From contig NIVC01003388.1 of NCBI GenBank assembly GCA_002269645.1, forward strand, positions 1 through 60,177: a stretch of 60,177 nt of DNA, given 5' to 3'. Made by a program: the position numbers and the translations under genes. A model generated the notes under the pieces. The model was not told the origin of the DNA and did no database searches. It saw nothing but the letters and a program-made list of their open reading frames with translations. Below are positions 1 through 12,194 of the stretch, piece by piece. The DNA is from Macrostomum lignano (lineage: Eukaryota). How positions within the stretch are numbered: the first letter of the stretch is position 1; every line of letters starts with the position of its first letter.

Positions 1-1534
1 ACACATTAGTCAACGCCGCCTCAAAGGGGTTGGGGTCAAGGTCAACGCGGTCGCAGTCCTCGTGGAGAGGCCGACGGCGAGGTCGAGGTCGCGGCGATGG
101 TCAACCACAACGAAATGATCATGGTGGAAATAATGAGGTTGGTATTAAGGATGGAGATGGAAATCAGGAGGCTGGTGGCGAAGATGAAGATGGAAATGAG
201 GAGGCTGGTGGCGAAGATGATGAAGACAGAAATGAGGAGGCTGGTGGCGAAGATGAAGATGGAAATGAGGAGGCTGGTGGCGAAGATGAAGATGGAAATG
301 AGGAGGCTGGTGGTGAAGATGATGAAGACAGAAATGAGGAGACTGGTGGCGAAGATGAAGATGGAAAAGAGGAGGTCGATAACAAAGATGCTGAGAAAGA
401 TTTACAGGGAAATGCAATCGAGAATAATGTTGAGGATGGTGCCGGATCTAAGGAGGCTCCAGCCAGTAGTATCAGTAATGAAGCACTTACGGAACAAAAA
501 CAGTAGTCAGTCTGTGGACAAATTTTGCCCACTAGCAGAGGAAACTGTAAAATTATCTGCACCAAATTCAGCTGAAGAACCGACCGAAGGAGAATCTGCC
601 AATGCAGCCGAAGAATCTGCCGAATCAGCGAACCTAATGAAGAAGGAGAATCTGCCAATGCAGCCGAAGAATCTGCCGAATCAGCGAAGCCTAATGAAGA
701 AGGAGATATCTGCCAATGCAGCCGCAAGAATCTGGCGAATCAGCGAAGCCTAATGAAGAAGGAGAATCTGCCAATGCAGCCGAGGAATCTACCGAATCAG
801 CGAAGCTTAATGAAGAAGGAGAATCTGCCAATGCAGCAGAGGAATCTACCGAATCAGCGAAGCCTAATGAAGAAGGAGAATCTGCCAATGCAGCCGAAGA
901 ATCTGGCGAATCAGCGAAGCCTAATGAAGCAGAATCTGCCAACAAAGCCGAAGAATCTACCGAATCAGCAAAGCCTAATGAAGAAGGAGAATCTGCCAAT
1001 GCAGCCGAGGAATCTACCGAATCAGCGAAGCCTAATGAAGCAGAATCTGCCAACAAAGCCGAAGAATCTGGCGAATCAACGAAGCCTAATGAAGAAGGAG
1101 AATCTGCCAATGCAGCCGAGGAATCTACCGAATCAGCGAAGCTTAATGAAGAAGGAGAATCTGCCAATGCAGCAGAGGAATCTACCGAATCAGCGAAGCC
1201 TAATGAAGAAGGAAAATCTGCCAATGCAGCCGAAGAATCTGGCGAATCAGCGAAGCCTAATGAAGCAGAATCTGCCAACAAAGCCGAAGAATCTACCGAA
1301 TCAGCAAAGCCTAATGAAGAAGGAGAATCTGCCAATGCAGCCGAGGAATCTACCGAATCAGCGAAGCCTAATGAAGCAGAATCTGCCAACAAAGCCGAAG
1401 AATCTATGGAATCGGCAAACCCAACCGAAGGAGAATCTGCCAATACTGGAGACTCTACCGACGCAGAGAAGCTACCTGTAGATTCGGAATCAGCAGCCAG
1501 CCCAGTGGAAGCTGTGCATCAGAGTTCCAATTGA
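1..1534 (+). CDS. 3' part of an acidic low-complexity repeat protein (RG-rich patch, then EEAGGEDEDGN and ESAKPNEEGESANAAEE repeats); 5'-truncated, with frameshifts
   Basis: Frame of ORF 30..506 is open from the window start. The acidic reading continues in other frames after ~500, ~630 and ~715 up to TGA at 1534. AT-rich 3' flank with AATAAA near 1588. The frameshifts may be sequencing indels. Confidence 0.5.
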
Positions 1535-1919
1535 TTTTTCACGGCCTGGCTTTGTTGATAAATTAAAATCCATCTGACTCGCCATTTAAATAAAGATTAT
1601 TCATGAGTATACGCAAGCCTCTAGATAAAACATTTTCTGGTGTCTCCTTGTTTCCTAAAATTCGTTAATCGGTTTGTTTAAGCACTAGAAAAAGTTGAAC
1701 TTAAAAATGTTTAAATAAAATATTTACTTCTCCAGGTCCTCGTGCTGGGCCTCTTGTCATTGTCACCCCCATCCAGGATCTCAAGACTTAAAACTTTCTG
1801 GTGCCAACGTAGCTTTCAATGGTCTTTCCGCTGGCCAGATCTTAGCTATATACTCGAAAAATTAAAGTTACGTAGTAGATCTAAATACAATATTGTTTCG
1901 CTAAGACTTACAGTTTTAG

Positions 1920-1985
1920 TGTCATAGTCTCATATTCAATAGGTCATAGTCTCATAGTCAATAGGTCATAGTCTCATAGTCAGTA
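1920..1985. repeat. Short 22-bp tandem repeat (gtcatagtctcatagtcaatag), ~3 copies
   Basis: Read directly from the sequence. Confidence 0.8.
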
Positions 1986-3916
1986 CTGTCTCATTGCGTT
2001 AACATGTTTTTTAAATAGTTAAATATTGTCATTATATGGGAGAATAATCATAAATTGTTTTTTTGTATTCTAATTTTATTTTTAAACCAAAATTTTGCAT
2101 TGCATGCATCGATTTACTCTACTTCCATTTCTAGAAGCAATTCATTAGTCAATCGCCCCTGTTATGAAGTTGGTATAAGAGCGTAATACATTTTGGTTTA
2201 TAATACTGCATTAATAACATTGATATGAATTGATTTTAACATTTTCATCAGTTAACAAATGTTAACCATACTTTTTCTCGCAATTAAAAATGTATAAATC
2301 GGTGTCCAATTTTACTTAACAAGATTGCAGTGTGCGTACACATTGATTGCTTACACAAAATTAGTCTTCTGTTTAGTTTTTTATCTAATTTTTTTATAAA
2401 TGGTTTATTTTGTTTTTCGTATGGCGACTTTATTAGCATATAATTAATAACCGGAGTGGAGATCCATAATAATATATTACTGAAATATACTGAATACGTA
2501 ATGATTTAACTTACGCTAGTAGCTCTGTGGGTCAAAGATTGTTCAAACCAGTTTTAAAATTAGTGAAAGCTAACTGTACATTGATTTGAGCAATTTTAGA
2601 CTCACTGAGTTAGTAGCGATAATGTGTACCGGTCTTACGGTTACGTTTGTCTTCGATATTAATGATGATTAGCTGTTATATACCGTACTCGCAAATTTTG
2701 ACAAGTTTTTAATAGCTTGATTTCATTCTTAAAGAAAAAAAGAAAAAACAACTTTGCAACTTTATTCAATTGCGCCCCTTCATAACAATTGAACAATTGA
2801 ACGAGTTCTCGCGGTTTTCCAAGACCTAATTAAATGTACATGTAGATGATGAGGCATTATTATATTCAGTTAAGTTTACCCTGGGTCTTCTTTGTTGCAT
2901 GGGTTTTTCGGTCTTTGATCTACACACCACTACGTACAAAACTCTCGGATAGTCTCCGACTGCGCCCGGTAGATTGAAGGGACACTGCTGGGACTGCATT
3001 GCATTGATCATCCAGGGACAGAGAGAGGACTTTTTGCAGGGGTTCTTGCGGTGGCGAGTCTACATGCTACATGCACAGCTGTTGTTATTGAATTCTCAGA
3101 AAATACGGTCGAGCTACATGTATATATGTCATTATTAATCGCTTTTGGCCTGAAATGTGTCAACTCGGCGGCAGATAGCGCTGATAATCGCAGAGCCTTT
3201 AAGTGATCCCCTGATTAGACCGACTAATGACTCATTCCTGTCACTAAAAGTACATACCTGTCGGATGGTTTGCCTGATTTCGGAATCTGATCCTGATTGA
3301 CAGGCGCTGATCGACTGGAAGCTGCATTGCTTTCGGCCCACTGCATGCAAACTTTGCCTCAAAAAATTGGCCACTCGCCAATTCTTGACAGCATTACAAT
3401 AAAAAAGAAAGCTTTCAAACTTTGATTGAATTCAGCTTTCCTTCTAAATTCACGCTTCTTCAAACTATAAGCAATTGTTTAATAAATTTGAACTGCAGTT
3501 GCTTCAGATTCACCGCATGAAAGCAAATATGCAAAAATGCAAATACTATCCAGAAACTGAACAGGAGTTCGGATGATAGGTGCACCCGATAAAAGCATGG
3601 GTCTAGAAGCTGGCCTCTCACCAACTAATCAGATTTTCAAGCTGCCGGTGGCCAGGAAGCCCACCGTACGTGTGCTTCTGTTGTCCTTAGGTGATGTAGA
3701 TCCGGGGAGTCTGGTGCCCGTGGAGAGGCGATGTTAACCATCTGGTGCTCTCGTGGGACGTACATGTAGAAGGCGCTGGATATACGTTTGTAGCGAGGAG
3801 TCCTTGCCGGAGAGAGCAGAGAGACACGTCGGTTGGAACTGGGTATGAGCGGAAGGGGCCAGACGCCCTTTTCGAGCCGCCCTTAACTAGTCTTCTGCAG
3901 CGGCCGACTTGTTATA

Positions 3917-4895
3917 CGGGGTGTCCAAAAAGTCTTAGGACTTTTTCACATGACTCCTTTTAACAGTTAGCAAGAGTAACAGCAACTGATTTATTTCATA
4001 GTGGCTTTACTTACAAATGAAACAGTGAAAGAACTTTGAAAATATCACGAACTTAATCCTCCTTAACTGCAGTGGGGTACTGCATATCAATTCATGAACA
4101 GGAACTGGAGCTGCAATTTTGAAATCTTACAGAAATTAACCAAATTCAAACTTGCAGTGCGAAAAATCTCTTCAAGCGTGTGCCACATTTCACTGTCTAC
4201 ATCTATGGTACAAGTTTGATTTTGCATCTGCTTGTGTGGCACTCTGAAACTGAAAAAGACTCATTTTGAGACGCAGCGCAAGCTGAAGCCTTTGTTGCAA
4301 AGTGTTTGCCAGAATTTCTTTCCAAATCTGTGGATCCATGGATATCCATTCAAAGCTAGACAGCACAGCATTGCTCGGCCTACATCCTCTGGTGTATGAG
4401 GTTGAACGGTGCTGAAATTTTGACACAGCTGAGCACGATTCATGGGCTTGAAGCAGTATCCAGGACTAACTGCCTTGGGCAGTTCTGTCTTGGCTGCTGT
4501 TCTTGTCCACGAAATTCTAAGGCAGGTGTATGTGGATGCCGTTGACGACATGCTTACCCGGAATTGAATTAAATGCATCCAACTGAAGGGTGACTATATT
4601 GAGAAGGTCTCAGTTGCCACTAAGGAAGACATTTGAACTTTTTGAACGACAACTGACTTAATGTTTTCTGGTGCTCCATATGCAGCATCCAAGTTCCTAT
4701 TATTCATGTATTGAGATGCAGTACCCACTGCAGTTAAGGAGGCGAAACTTTTGATAAGTTTGTGATAATCTCAAAATTATTTCACTGTATCATTTGTAAG
4801 AAAAGCCGCCATGAAATAAATCAGTTGCTGTTACTCTTGCTGACTGTTAAAAAGAGTCATGTGAAAAAGTCCTAAGACTTTTTGGACACCCCTCG
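3917..4895 (+). mobile_element. Internally deleted Tc1/mariner element (non-autonomous) with ~200-bp imperfect TIRs
   Basis: TIRs 3917-~4115 and ~4681-4895 (GGGGTGTCCAAAAAGTCTTAGGAC...), flanked by TA at 3915-16 and 4896-97. Inside are a mariner N-terminal HTH remnant (QHCSAYILWCMRLNGAEILTQLSTIHGLEAVSRT, ~4367-4470) and the C-terminal KCIQLKGDYIEK (~4570-4607). The catalytic core is missing. Confidence 0.85.
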
Positions 4896-5329
4896 TACCA
4901 AAGCGTCAAATTTTCTGATTGGACGAGCCCGGTGTTAGGCTTTACAATCTCCGTGCGCTTGCAGTCTCCGGCCGGAGATCGCAACAAATGTGACTCTGGT
5001 TTGCGATCTTCAGTCCCGGAAACAAGTGTGCCTTGCGTTTTCCCTTATTTGAGATCTCCGGGGCTAAAAATGTACATGAGCGGTGTACAGCCACGGGGCT
5101 AAAACTCTTCCAAATAATAATTTGTCGCATGTGCAGGGACTCACAAGGCCTTATATGCAAACAGCTAACATATCTGTGTACTTAGCAGGGTGAGCTCTAG
5201 CTGAGTTTTCAGTGTAATTGCACAATATATACTTCATTCTCTCTGATGCTCAGTGTATTTTAAAAGCTATTTAATTAAGATTTTACCCTCGTAGAAGGCT
5301 GCAAATGTGACTGAGTTACTTTTTTTCAA

Positions 5330-6330
5330 GTGGAGATAGACATGGCAAAGGCGACTTTAAACCAAGTGTTATTTTATTCATTGAAAAACGAGTACGTCGA
5401 CATTCTCGGAGACTTGTCAGAAAAAGTGAAGGACAATTTGAAGCGCAAAATTCGAGAAAAAAGTAAAGCCTTTTTCTTCCAAGACGGTCAATTGTTCTAT
5501 AAAGTGAGAAACCGGAACTGCAGCAAGAAAAGGCGCCCAGAACAGCCGCGGCGTGTGCTTTTTACGAAGGATGAAGTCAGGGAAAAGATTAAAACACTGC
5601 ACGTCGAGTCATGTCACATGATGGGAATAAAGAGCACCATTGGCCTCTTTACCGCGCGATTCTACAGCGATGTGACTGTTACACCAATTGTAGAGTCGGT
5701 AGTAAAGTGATGTAGAAGACGCGAGAACAGATGTGAGAACAAGAAGTTCACCAGCAAACAGCGTGAAATACATCCGATTGAGGTGCTTACTGACGCTCAA
5801 CGATTGTTCGGCTTCCTCTGCTTGGATTGCGTTACAATGCCGACCACAACTGAGAGTGGAAATCGATATATCCTGACTTTATGTTGCGAATTTACGAAAT
5901 TTGAAGTTTTTTCGACCGATACCAAGTGTACGAGCCGACACGATCGCTCGAGAACTGAAAAGCCTATTTGAGTGATCAAGACAGGGAATTCTGCAACTCC
6001 ATCATCGAGGCTTTGCTACAGGAGGGCAGTACGGAAAGACGAGTAACGAGTGCTTACTATCCTCAGACGAATGGACAAACTGAGAGGCTAAACCAAACGG
6101 GAACGTCACGCGAGGATTGCCAAAGGAATGGAGACAATCAAACCTGGCATGCTAGTTAGACTTCGCAATTACCGTCGCGACGATCGAAAAGGCGGAAAAC
6201 TTCTATCCACTTGGAGTGACTGAACGTACCCAGTGCGCAGATGCGTGGGAGGAAACGTCTACCAGTTGGCTGGCCTAAAGCGCTGTGTCAATGGAGTACA
6301 TCTGAAGCGAAGCAGGACGCAGGCCGAACC
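5330..6330 (+). pseudogene. Ginger/GIN1-type (gypsy-like) integrase relic
   Basis: H2C2-like zinc-binding segment (LHVESCH...CRRRENRC), then LDCVTMPTTTESGNRYILTLCCEFTKF, SDQDREFCN, TSAYYPQTNGQTERLNQT and a C-terminal RKGGKL..TW...YPV...YQL...VNGVHLK. Interrupted by stops and frameshifts. No RT or RNase H upstream. Confidence 0.75.
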
Positions 6331-6934
6331 TTATATTCGTAGTCGAAGTGCTTCCCCATGCAATTATTCTGGTGACTTTTAACTAATTGAAGTAACTAAT
6401 TAATTTAACTAATCTGCTGACTAACTAACTTCTTACTAACTAACCACGCTCGTAATTTAACTAATTGATTGAAAATAAAAAAGAAAACTGCTTGGAACTT
6501 TTTAAAATTTGATATTTATTGCTTTTAGGCTTTGAAAATATTAAACTGACAAATCGTTCATTGACCCGGACTTCACAATCCGGATATCTATCGCAAAGCG
6601 AACCTTTTTTTCGGCCGGATATTTCAATCTGCTTGTGACTTCCGGGGGGGAGAGACTGCAAGCACCCCGGAGAACGCAAAGCAGCTTGAGATATCCGGAC
6701 CGGATACTTTAAGATGCTCGAAATATCCGGGGGAGATCAGAAGGTACTTGTAATTTGTATCTGGGCGGACAACACAAGACACGGATATCCGAAAGTATAA
6801 CACCGGTCCGAGATTAAATAAAGAATAAAAATAAAAAACTATAGCCTACTAGGGAGTATGAGAATGGGAGTTGACAACTCTAAGATTGAAAAATCGCGTC
6901 CTCATTCTTCTACTCGGGAGGGGAGAATTTAAAA

Positions 6935-7196
6935 TCCGAAAAATCACAACTACAAAACCCGAACCCTAACCCTATCACAAACCCGAAATAACACAACCAC
7001 GAAGTATCAAAACCCGAAATATCACAAACCGGAAGTATCACAAACACGATAATAACACAAAAACACAAACTCGAAGTATCATAACTCCGAAAACCAAAAT
7101 AGGGCGTTGCTAGCACTTTCGGAGCTATGATATTTCGGGTTTATGGTGGGAAGTGCTTTCGGAGTTGTGATTTTTCGGGTTTGTGATGGCGACCCT
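6935..7196. mobile_element. Degenerate foldback/MITE-like element built of ~12-nt subrepeats (ccgaaaaatcacaac), left end truncated
   Basis: ccgaaaaatcacaact at ~6936 is inverted at ~7163-7178. Internal cacaaacccgaaa subrepeats occur in both orientations. Confidence 0.5.
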
Positions 7197-7743
7197 ACAT
7201 ATATTTTCTAATCAATATACAGTCGGGCGTGCGTTATAGCTTGTACGAGGGTGAGAAATTCAGAAAAGACCCTTGGTTAGGTGTCTCGCGATTCAAGTTG
7301 CGCAAAAGCGTACTTAGCATTCACTTGTGGCACTTCTGTGAATACACATTCTTGTAGACTTTTAGCGCGCGCTGCTGTTGTTAACTTTAAAGGAACATGC
7401 TTATGAATTATAACCATGCCAGCGATGCATACCCATTGGAGCTATTCAGACCAGACAATACCCAAGGGGCTTATAGTTCGTGGGCAGCTAGCCAGCTGGT
7501 GGTGTCTGATTTGGAACTTGGACAACACTGCGTGTGCCTCCAACAACCTGTGTACACGCATGGCATGGCTGCTTTAAATCGAATTCTGCTTTACGAGCTA
7601 CATGTAGATAAGATCGGCCATGGGATATTGCGATAGTAAAACTGCTTAAAATTAAGATCGAGTTGAGTATTGTAATGGGATGCCGAAGTTTTAATTAACT
7701 TTAAATGGCTTAATTAACAATAATTAATATAAAAATTCTAAGC

Positions 7744-10700
7744 ATGCGATTTCTGCTACTGTTGATAACTGCATGCGGCGCTTTCGCTGCGGTTGCTAGG
7801 CAACCGGCTGTCGAGCTACCGGAACTGAGCCAGGCGCCCATTAGAATTGGCTCCTTCAACATTCAGGTCTTTGGAGTCACCAAAATGTCCAAGCCGCACG
7901 TTGTGAACATTCTGCTCAAGGTATGTGTTGCTTGTGTTTGTGTAGCCCTGTGGTTAGAAGGTCGGACTCACGACTTGAAGGGTCGGAGGTTCGATTCCCG
8001 ATCCCACTGGAACAATTCAACTTTAAGCAAGAAACTTAACTCTGCATTGCTTCAGTTCACCCAGCTGTAAAATGGGTGCCAGCATTAGCTGGGGTAATTG
8101 AGAGTGTGTGCGTGTGGCGACCCCCCAGTCCTTGGACTGAACAGCCGTACGCAGCCTTCAGATGCGCCGCGCAAATAGCTGCGGCTGAGCTGTCGGTTGC
8201 ACATGTGGTCATTGTTATTCATGCAGAAACTGGCAGGTGAACCTATGGACTAGCGCGGTAACGCCCCCGCTATATTCCTGCAGACTCTCGAACGCTACGA
8301 TCTTGTGTTCATCATGGAAATCCGAGACGCCACAGGTCGGGCCATTGTGAGCCTGCTGGACCAGCTCAATAACCGGGTGGGTGCCGGCAGGCGCTACGCC
8401 ATGGCGATCAGCGATCGACTTGGCCGCACGAGCTCCAAGGAGCAGTACGCGTTCTTCTACCGGTGAGGCCTGCATGCTCTCGCGATCTCTTGCTGCTGTC
8501 CTTGCAGGGCATTTCACCCCATCAAATTTTAGTGTGATCAGACGGCTCGCACACTGTACATTACATTTACATGTACTCTTTCGTCGCTATGAACATATCA
8601 ATTCATTTGGCGTAGCCAGAATTTTTTATTGGAGTGGGGGGCGAAAGCAAGTTAAGGAGCGCCAGCACCAAGGGGCGCCAGCACCAAGGGGCGCCAGCAC
8701 CAAGGGGCGCCAGCACCAAGGGGCGCCAGCACCAAGGGGCGCCAGCACCAAGGGGCGCCAGCACCAAGGGGCGCCAGCACCAAGGGGCGCCAGCACCAAG
8801 GGGCGCCAGCACCAAGGGGCGCCAGCACCAAGGGGCGCCAGCACCAAGGGGCGCCAGCACCAAGGGGCGCCAGCACCAAGGGGCGCCAGCACCAAGGGGC
8901 GCCAGCACCAAGGGGCGCCAGCACCAAGGGGCGCCAGCACCAAGGGGCGCCAGCACCAAGGGGCGCCAGCACCAAGGGGCGCCAGCACCAAGGGGCGCCA
9001 GCACCAAGGGGCGCCAGCACCAAGGGGCGCCAGCACCAAGGGGCGCCAGCACCAAGGGGCGCCAGCACCAAGGGGCGCCAGCACCAAGGGGCGCCAGCAC
9101 CAAGGGGCGCCAGCACCAAGGGGCGCCAGCACCAAGGGGCGCCAGCACCAAGGGGCGCCAGCACCAAGGGGCGCCAGCACCAAGCGATGGACGCAGACAA
9201 ACTGGAATGAAGCCTGGAGCTCCGGTCCAAACCGACTGCAATTGATAAGTGCATGGTCAGACCAGTCGAATACAAACGAATACAAAGCAATGATACCTTC
9301 TAGTGGTCCTTGGGCATTCCCATTTACGCTCGTAGTTGCAATGGCTTGTCGAGAGAACCGGCAGAGAATGGACTTAGAAACGGTTGACCAAGTTGCTTAA
9401 TGATTCGTAGCTCGTACATGTATTGCGTTCATAGCTTGATTGCTAGCAACAATAAATTCAGTCGGCCCAGCGATGCCAATTACATGTAACTTCCAGGGAG
9501 TCGATATTCAGCCTGGCCGGCACCTATCAATACGACGATCCGCAGGACTTGTTTGAACGGCCGCCCTACGGCGCACTGTTTCACGTGCGCGGCGCGCGTG
9601 AGTAATACAACACCTAGGCCTGTAAACAGGGGTTTTTTGAGCGTCAGAATTCCAGCGTAATTTTGGTATCCTGGATTTGAATTAATGAATGATATCAGCG
9701 GGCATCAGTCGAGAAATTCAAATTCAAATACAATACCAACATCTGTACTGTACCCAATCCTTTACATTACTGAGCCTCTCTGACCCAACAGAAGTTGCTG
9801 TCGTCTGCAGACTCCATGTTTACAGATTACTTATACAAGTGTAATTAAAGTTGACAATGGATAGAAATCTTAAAATCTAAGGAATTTCTATAATTGTACA
9901 CATATATATATACTTTTGGCATCCGGGGTCCAAATTCAGGAGGCAAAAATCAAAGTTGATATGTCCTATCATGATTGCCATACTCATGGTCTACAAGCAC
10001 CAAGTCCGAAAATCATCCTTCCCCTCCAAAGTCAAGGTGACTACCTTCGGCGTACTCGGGCTGCACACTTCGCCAAGGGACGTTGTTGTAGAGTTGGAGG
10101 CGCTACACTCCGTGCAGAGGGCGGCGCGCAACGCCTGGCAAAATGAGGCAAGTACTTGTGCATTAAAGGCTCCTTCACACTGCGATTAAATCACACAACA
10201 ATTTTACAAAGAAATTCAATTTGCTGTGCAAGTTCTGTGATTACACGACCTTTGTTTGATGGCTGTGTGATCGTGCTCAAAGAGAAATCTGAATTAGAAT
10301 CTGACCCAAGAGTCAGCTGTACCCGATGACACATGGACAATCGAGGCTATTCAGTGGAAAAATGTTGCTATGCAAAAAATTCTCTTCAGAATGTCCTCAT
10401 CGTTGGCGATTTCAACGCAGATTGCACCTATTTGAATCGGCGCGAGAAGAACGAGCTGCAGTTGGTGCGCGACCAGAGTCTCACCTGGCTGATCAACAGT
10501 TGCATGGAGACCACCATGGTGCGGACAACTTGTCTGTACGATCATATTGTAGCGACTGGGTCCAAGCTGATGACGGCTATTGATGTTGAATCTGCTGACG
10601 TGTTCCGGTTCGATAGCGCCTTTCGGCTGAATAACTCTGTGGTGAGTTGTCTTGAAACGATACTTGAACTTAACACTCATATTTTCCCGAGTGATCCCAC

Positions 10701-12194
10701 CATTGGGTGCTGCAGTAGAGTCTATCGTCGGATACTTAAGTTTAGTCTATAAGGTGATAGTAGTAGTAGTGTTAAAGACGCAGAGGACTCAAAGACCCTA
10801 GCGTACAACCGACGAGGGAAGACGCACGGCCTCGCTAGAAGTCAAGTACAGCTGGACGCGCAGATTGTTAAGAAAATTAGTGTCAATGGAGGTCATGGTT
10901 CCGTCTCGTCCTCAGCGAACTCCCTCCTGAGGTATGGGTTGGCAACAACGGCTGCCAGCGGGTTGTCTTCTTCGCGTCCGTGCGTCCTGAGCACGCGTTT
11001 GAGGAGTCTCTGTCCTCGCCGTCTGAGGGTGTCGCTCAGCGGTGGCATGTCAGTTTTCACCATCAGAGCGCGGCTCGACAGGGCGCACGGGTAGCGAATG
11101 TTGAGCGAGAAACGCAGCGGAGCTCTGAAAGCCGCATTCAAGACTTCTTCCCGGCTTGCAGTGATTGGCACAGCCTCAAGGCCGTATAGGAAGATTGATG
11201 CTAAAGTGCAGTCTAGATATGGTGATGCTGTGTCCATCGGGTGATAAATAATCGCACGGAAGTGTCTTCATGGCGATAATAATGTCTATGGGGTAATACA
11301 TAAGTGTATGTCTATCGAATGTAACAAAAGAACCGCTGTCGATACGATGCAGAAGCAGCCATTACCATCGATCACGGTGTCCATACCCATCCATGGTTAT
11401 TTTAAATTTTTAACCGCATTATTATTTAATGATCGAGATCATTTCTCATTCCAGGCGGAGGAAGTCAGCGATCACTATCCGGTCGAGCTGCTTATTACTG
11501 GAAAGAGTAAGATCAGCCCTGCACTTGTCCCATTGATATCGATGAGGTACCGTAACTCCAATCAGGATTCCAATTTTCCCATAGCTCCAATCAGGATCCC
11601 CAATTCTTCCATAGCTCCAATTAGGATCCGAATTCTCTCATAGCTCCAATCATGATCCCAATTCCCCCATAGCTCCAATCAGGATCCCAATCCTCCTATA
11701 GCTCTGCACTCGCGCACCTTATTCCCGCAGTGACAGACCCGGCCAAGCTCCTGTGGCTGGGCCAGTCGCTGGAGGTGTCGCAGTCCCTCGATCCCGCTGG
11801 TCTGCAGTCGCTGCACCGAATGCGCGAGCTAGAGGGCCGGCTGCCCAGCCCGCAATTGAACGGAGGCTTCCGCACCTCCGGCTACCTCGACAGTGACGGC
11901 GGAGGCGGCCTCCGACTCGCCACGGCTGTTCGCGATGGCGTCAAAGCAGCAGCCGCCGACGTCGGCCTCGCCGTTTCCGAATTTAGAGCCGCCTTCCCGG
12001 GCGTCCTCCGACCGGAGACGGCCGCCCTGCTCGCCGAACTGGCCGCCCGCCATCTGCCCTGGGAGTCGCCGCCGCCGCTGCCTGGCTACGGCGACTCCGT
12101 GGCTGACAACCCCCTGCGACTGACCATCGGCTGCAGCCTCGCCGAGGCCGAGTGCACCGCGCGACTCTCTGTCGTGTTTAGGGCGGTCAACTGA
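7744..12194 (+). CDS. Secreted deoxyribonuclease I family protein (DNASE1-like) with C-terminal extension; 7 exons, 446 aa
   Basis: Exons 7744-7920, 8284-8462, 9497-9597, 10032-10147, 10390-10641, 11455-11506, 11731-12194; phases consistent, 1341 nt in total. Signal peptide plus motifs IGSFNIQVFG, FIMEIRD, RLGRTSSKEQYAFFYR, LGLHTSP, VGDFNADC, YDHIV, SDHYPVE. AATAAA near 12315. Confidence 0.9.
7942..8165 (+). mobile_element. tRNA-derived SINE with CORE-like central domain, in DNase I intron 1
   Basis: A-box-like TAGCCCTGTGG and B-box GGTTCGATTCC, followed by agcaagaaacttaac...cagttcacccagctgtaaaatgggt. Confidence 0.65.
8659..9184. repeat. 17-bp minisatellite (gcgccagcaccaagggg), ~31 perfect copies, in DNase I intron 2
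   Basis: Read directly. Explains ORFs 8381..9400, 8603..9241 and neighbours. Confidence 0.97.
10765..11240 (-). mobile_element. 5'-truncated RTE-type LINE 3' end in DNase I intron 5
   Basis: The minus-strand peptide FLYGLEAVPIT...LNAAFRAPLRFSLNIRYP...LSDTLRRRGQRL resembles the RTE post-RT C-terminus. It is followed by a (CTA)n-like tail at ~10765-10780. Confidence 0.7.
11552..11705. repeat. 29-bp tandem repeat (atagctccaatcaggatcccaattcttcc), ~5 copies, in DNase I intron 6
   Basis: Read directly from the sequence. Confidence 0.85.

Noticed and set aside
2826-3374. Two short minus-strand ORFs ending near GT donors
   Set aside because: No recognisable homology and no consistent exon chain.
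7942-8005. Functional tRNA gene
   Set aside because: The cloverleaf acceptor stem does not close and the sequence continues into a SINE body.
8381-9400. Long ORFs across tandem arrays (also 21820-22583, 35101-35730, 38116-38553, 41569-42222, 47337-49339, 51223-51642, 59104-60173)
   Set aside because: Stop-free read-through of simple repeats in several frames; most lie in introns or intergenic DNA.
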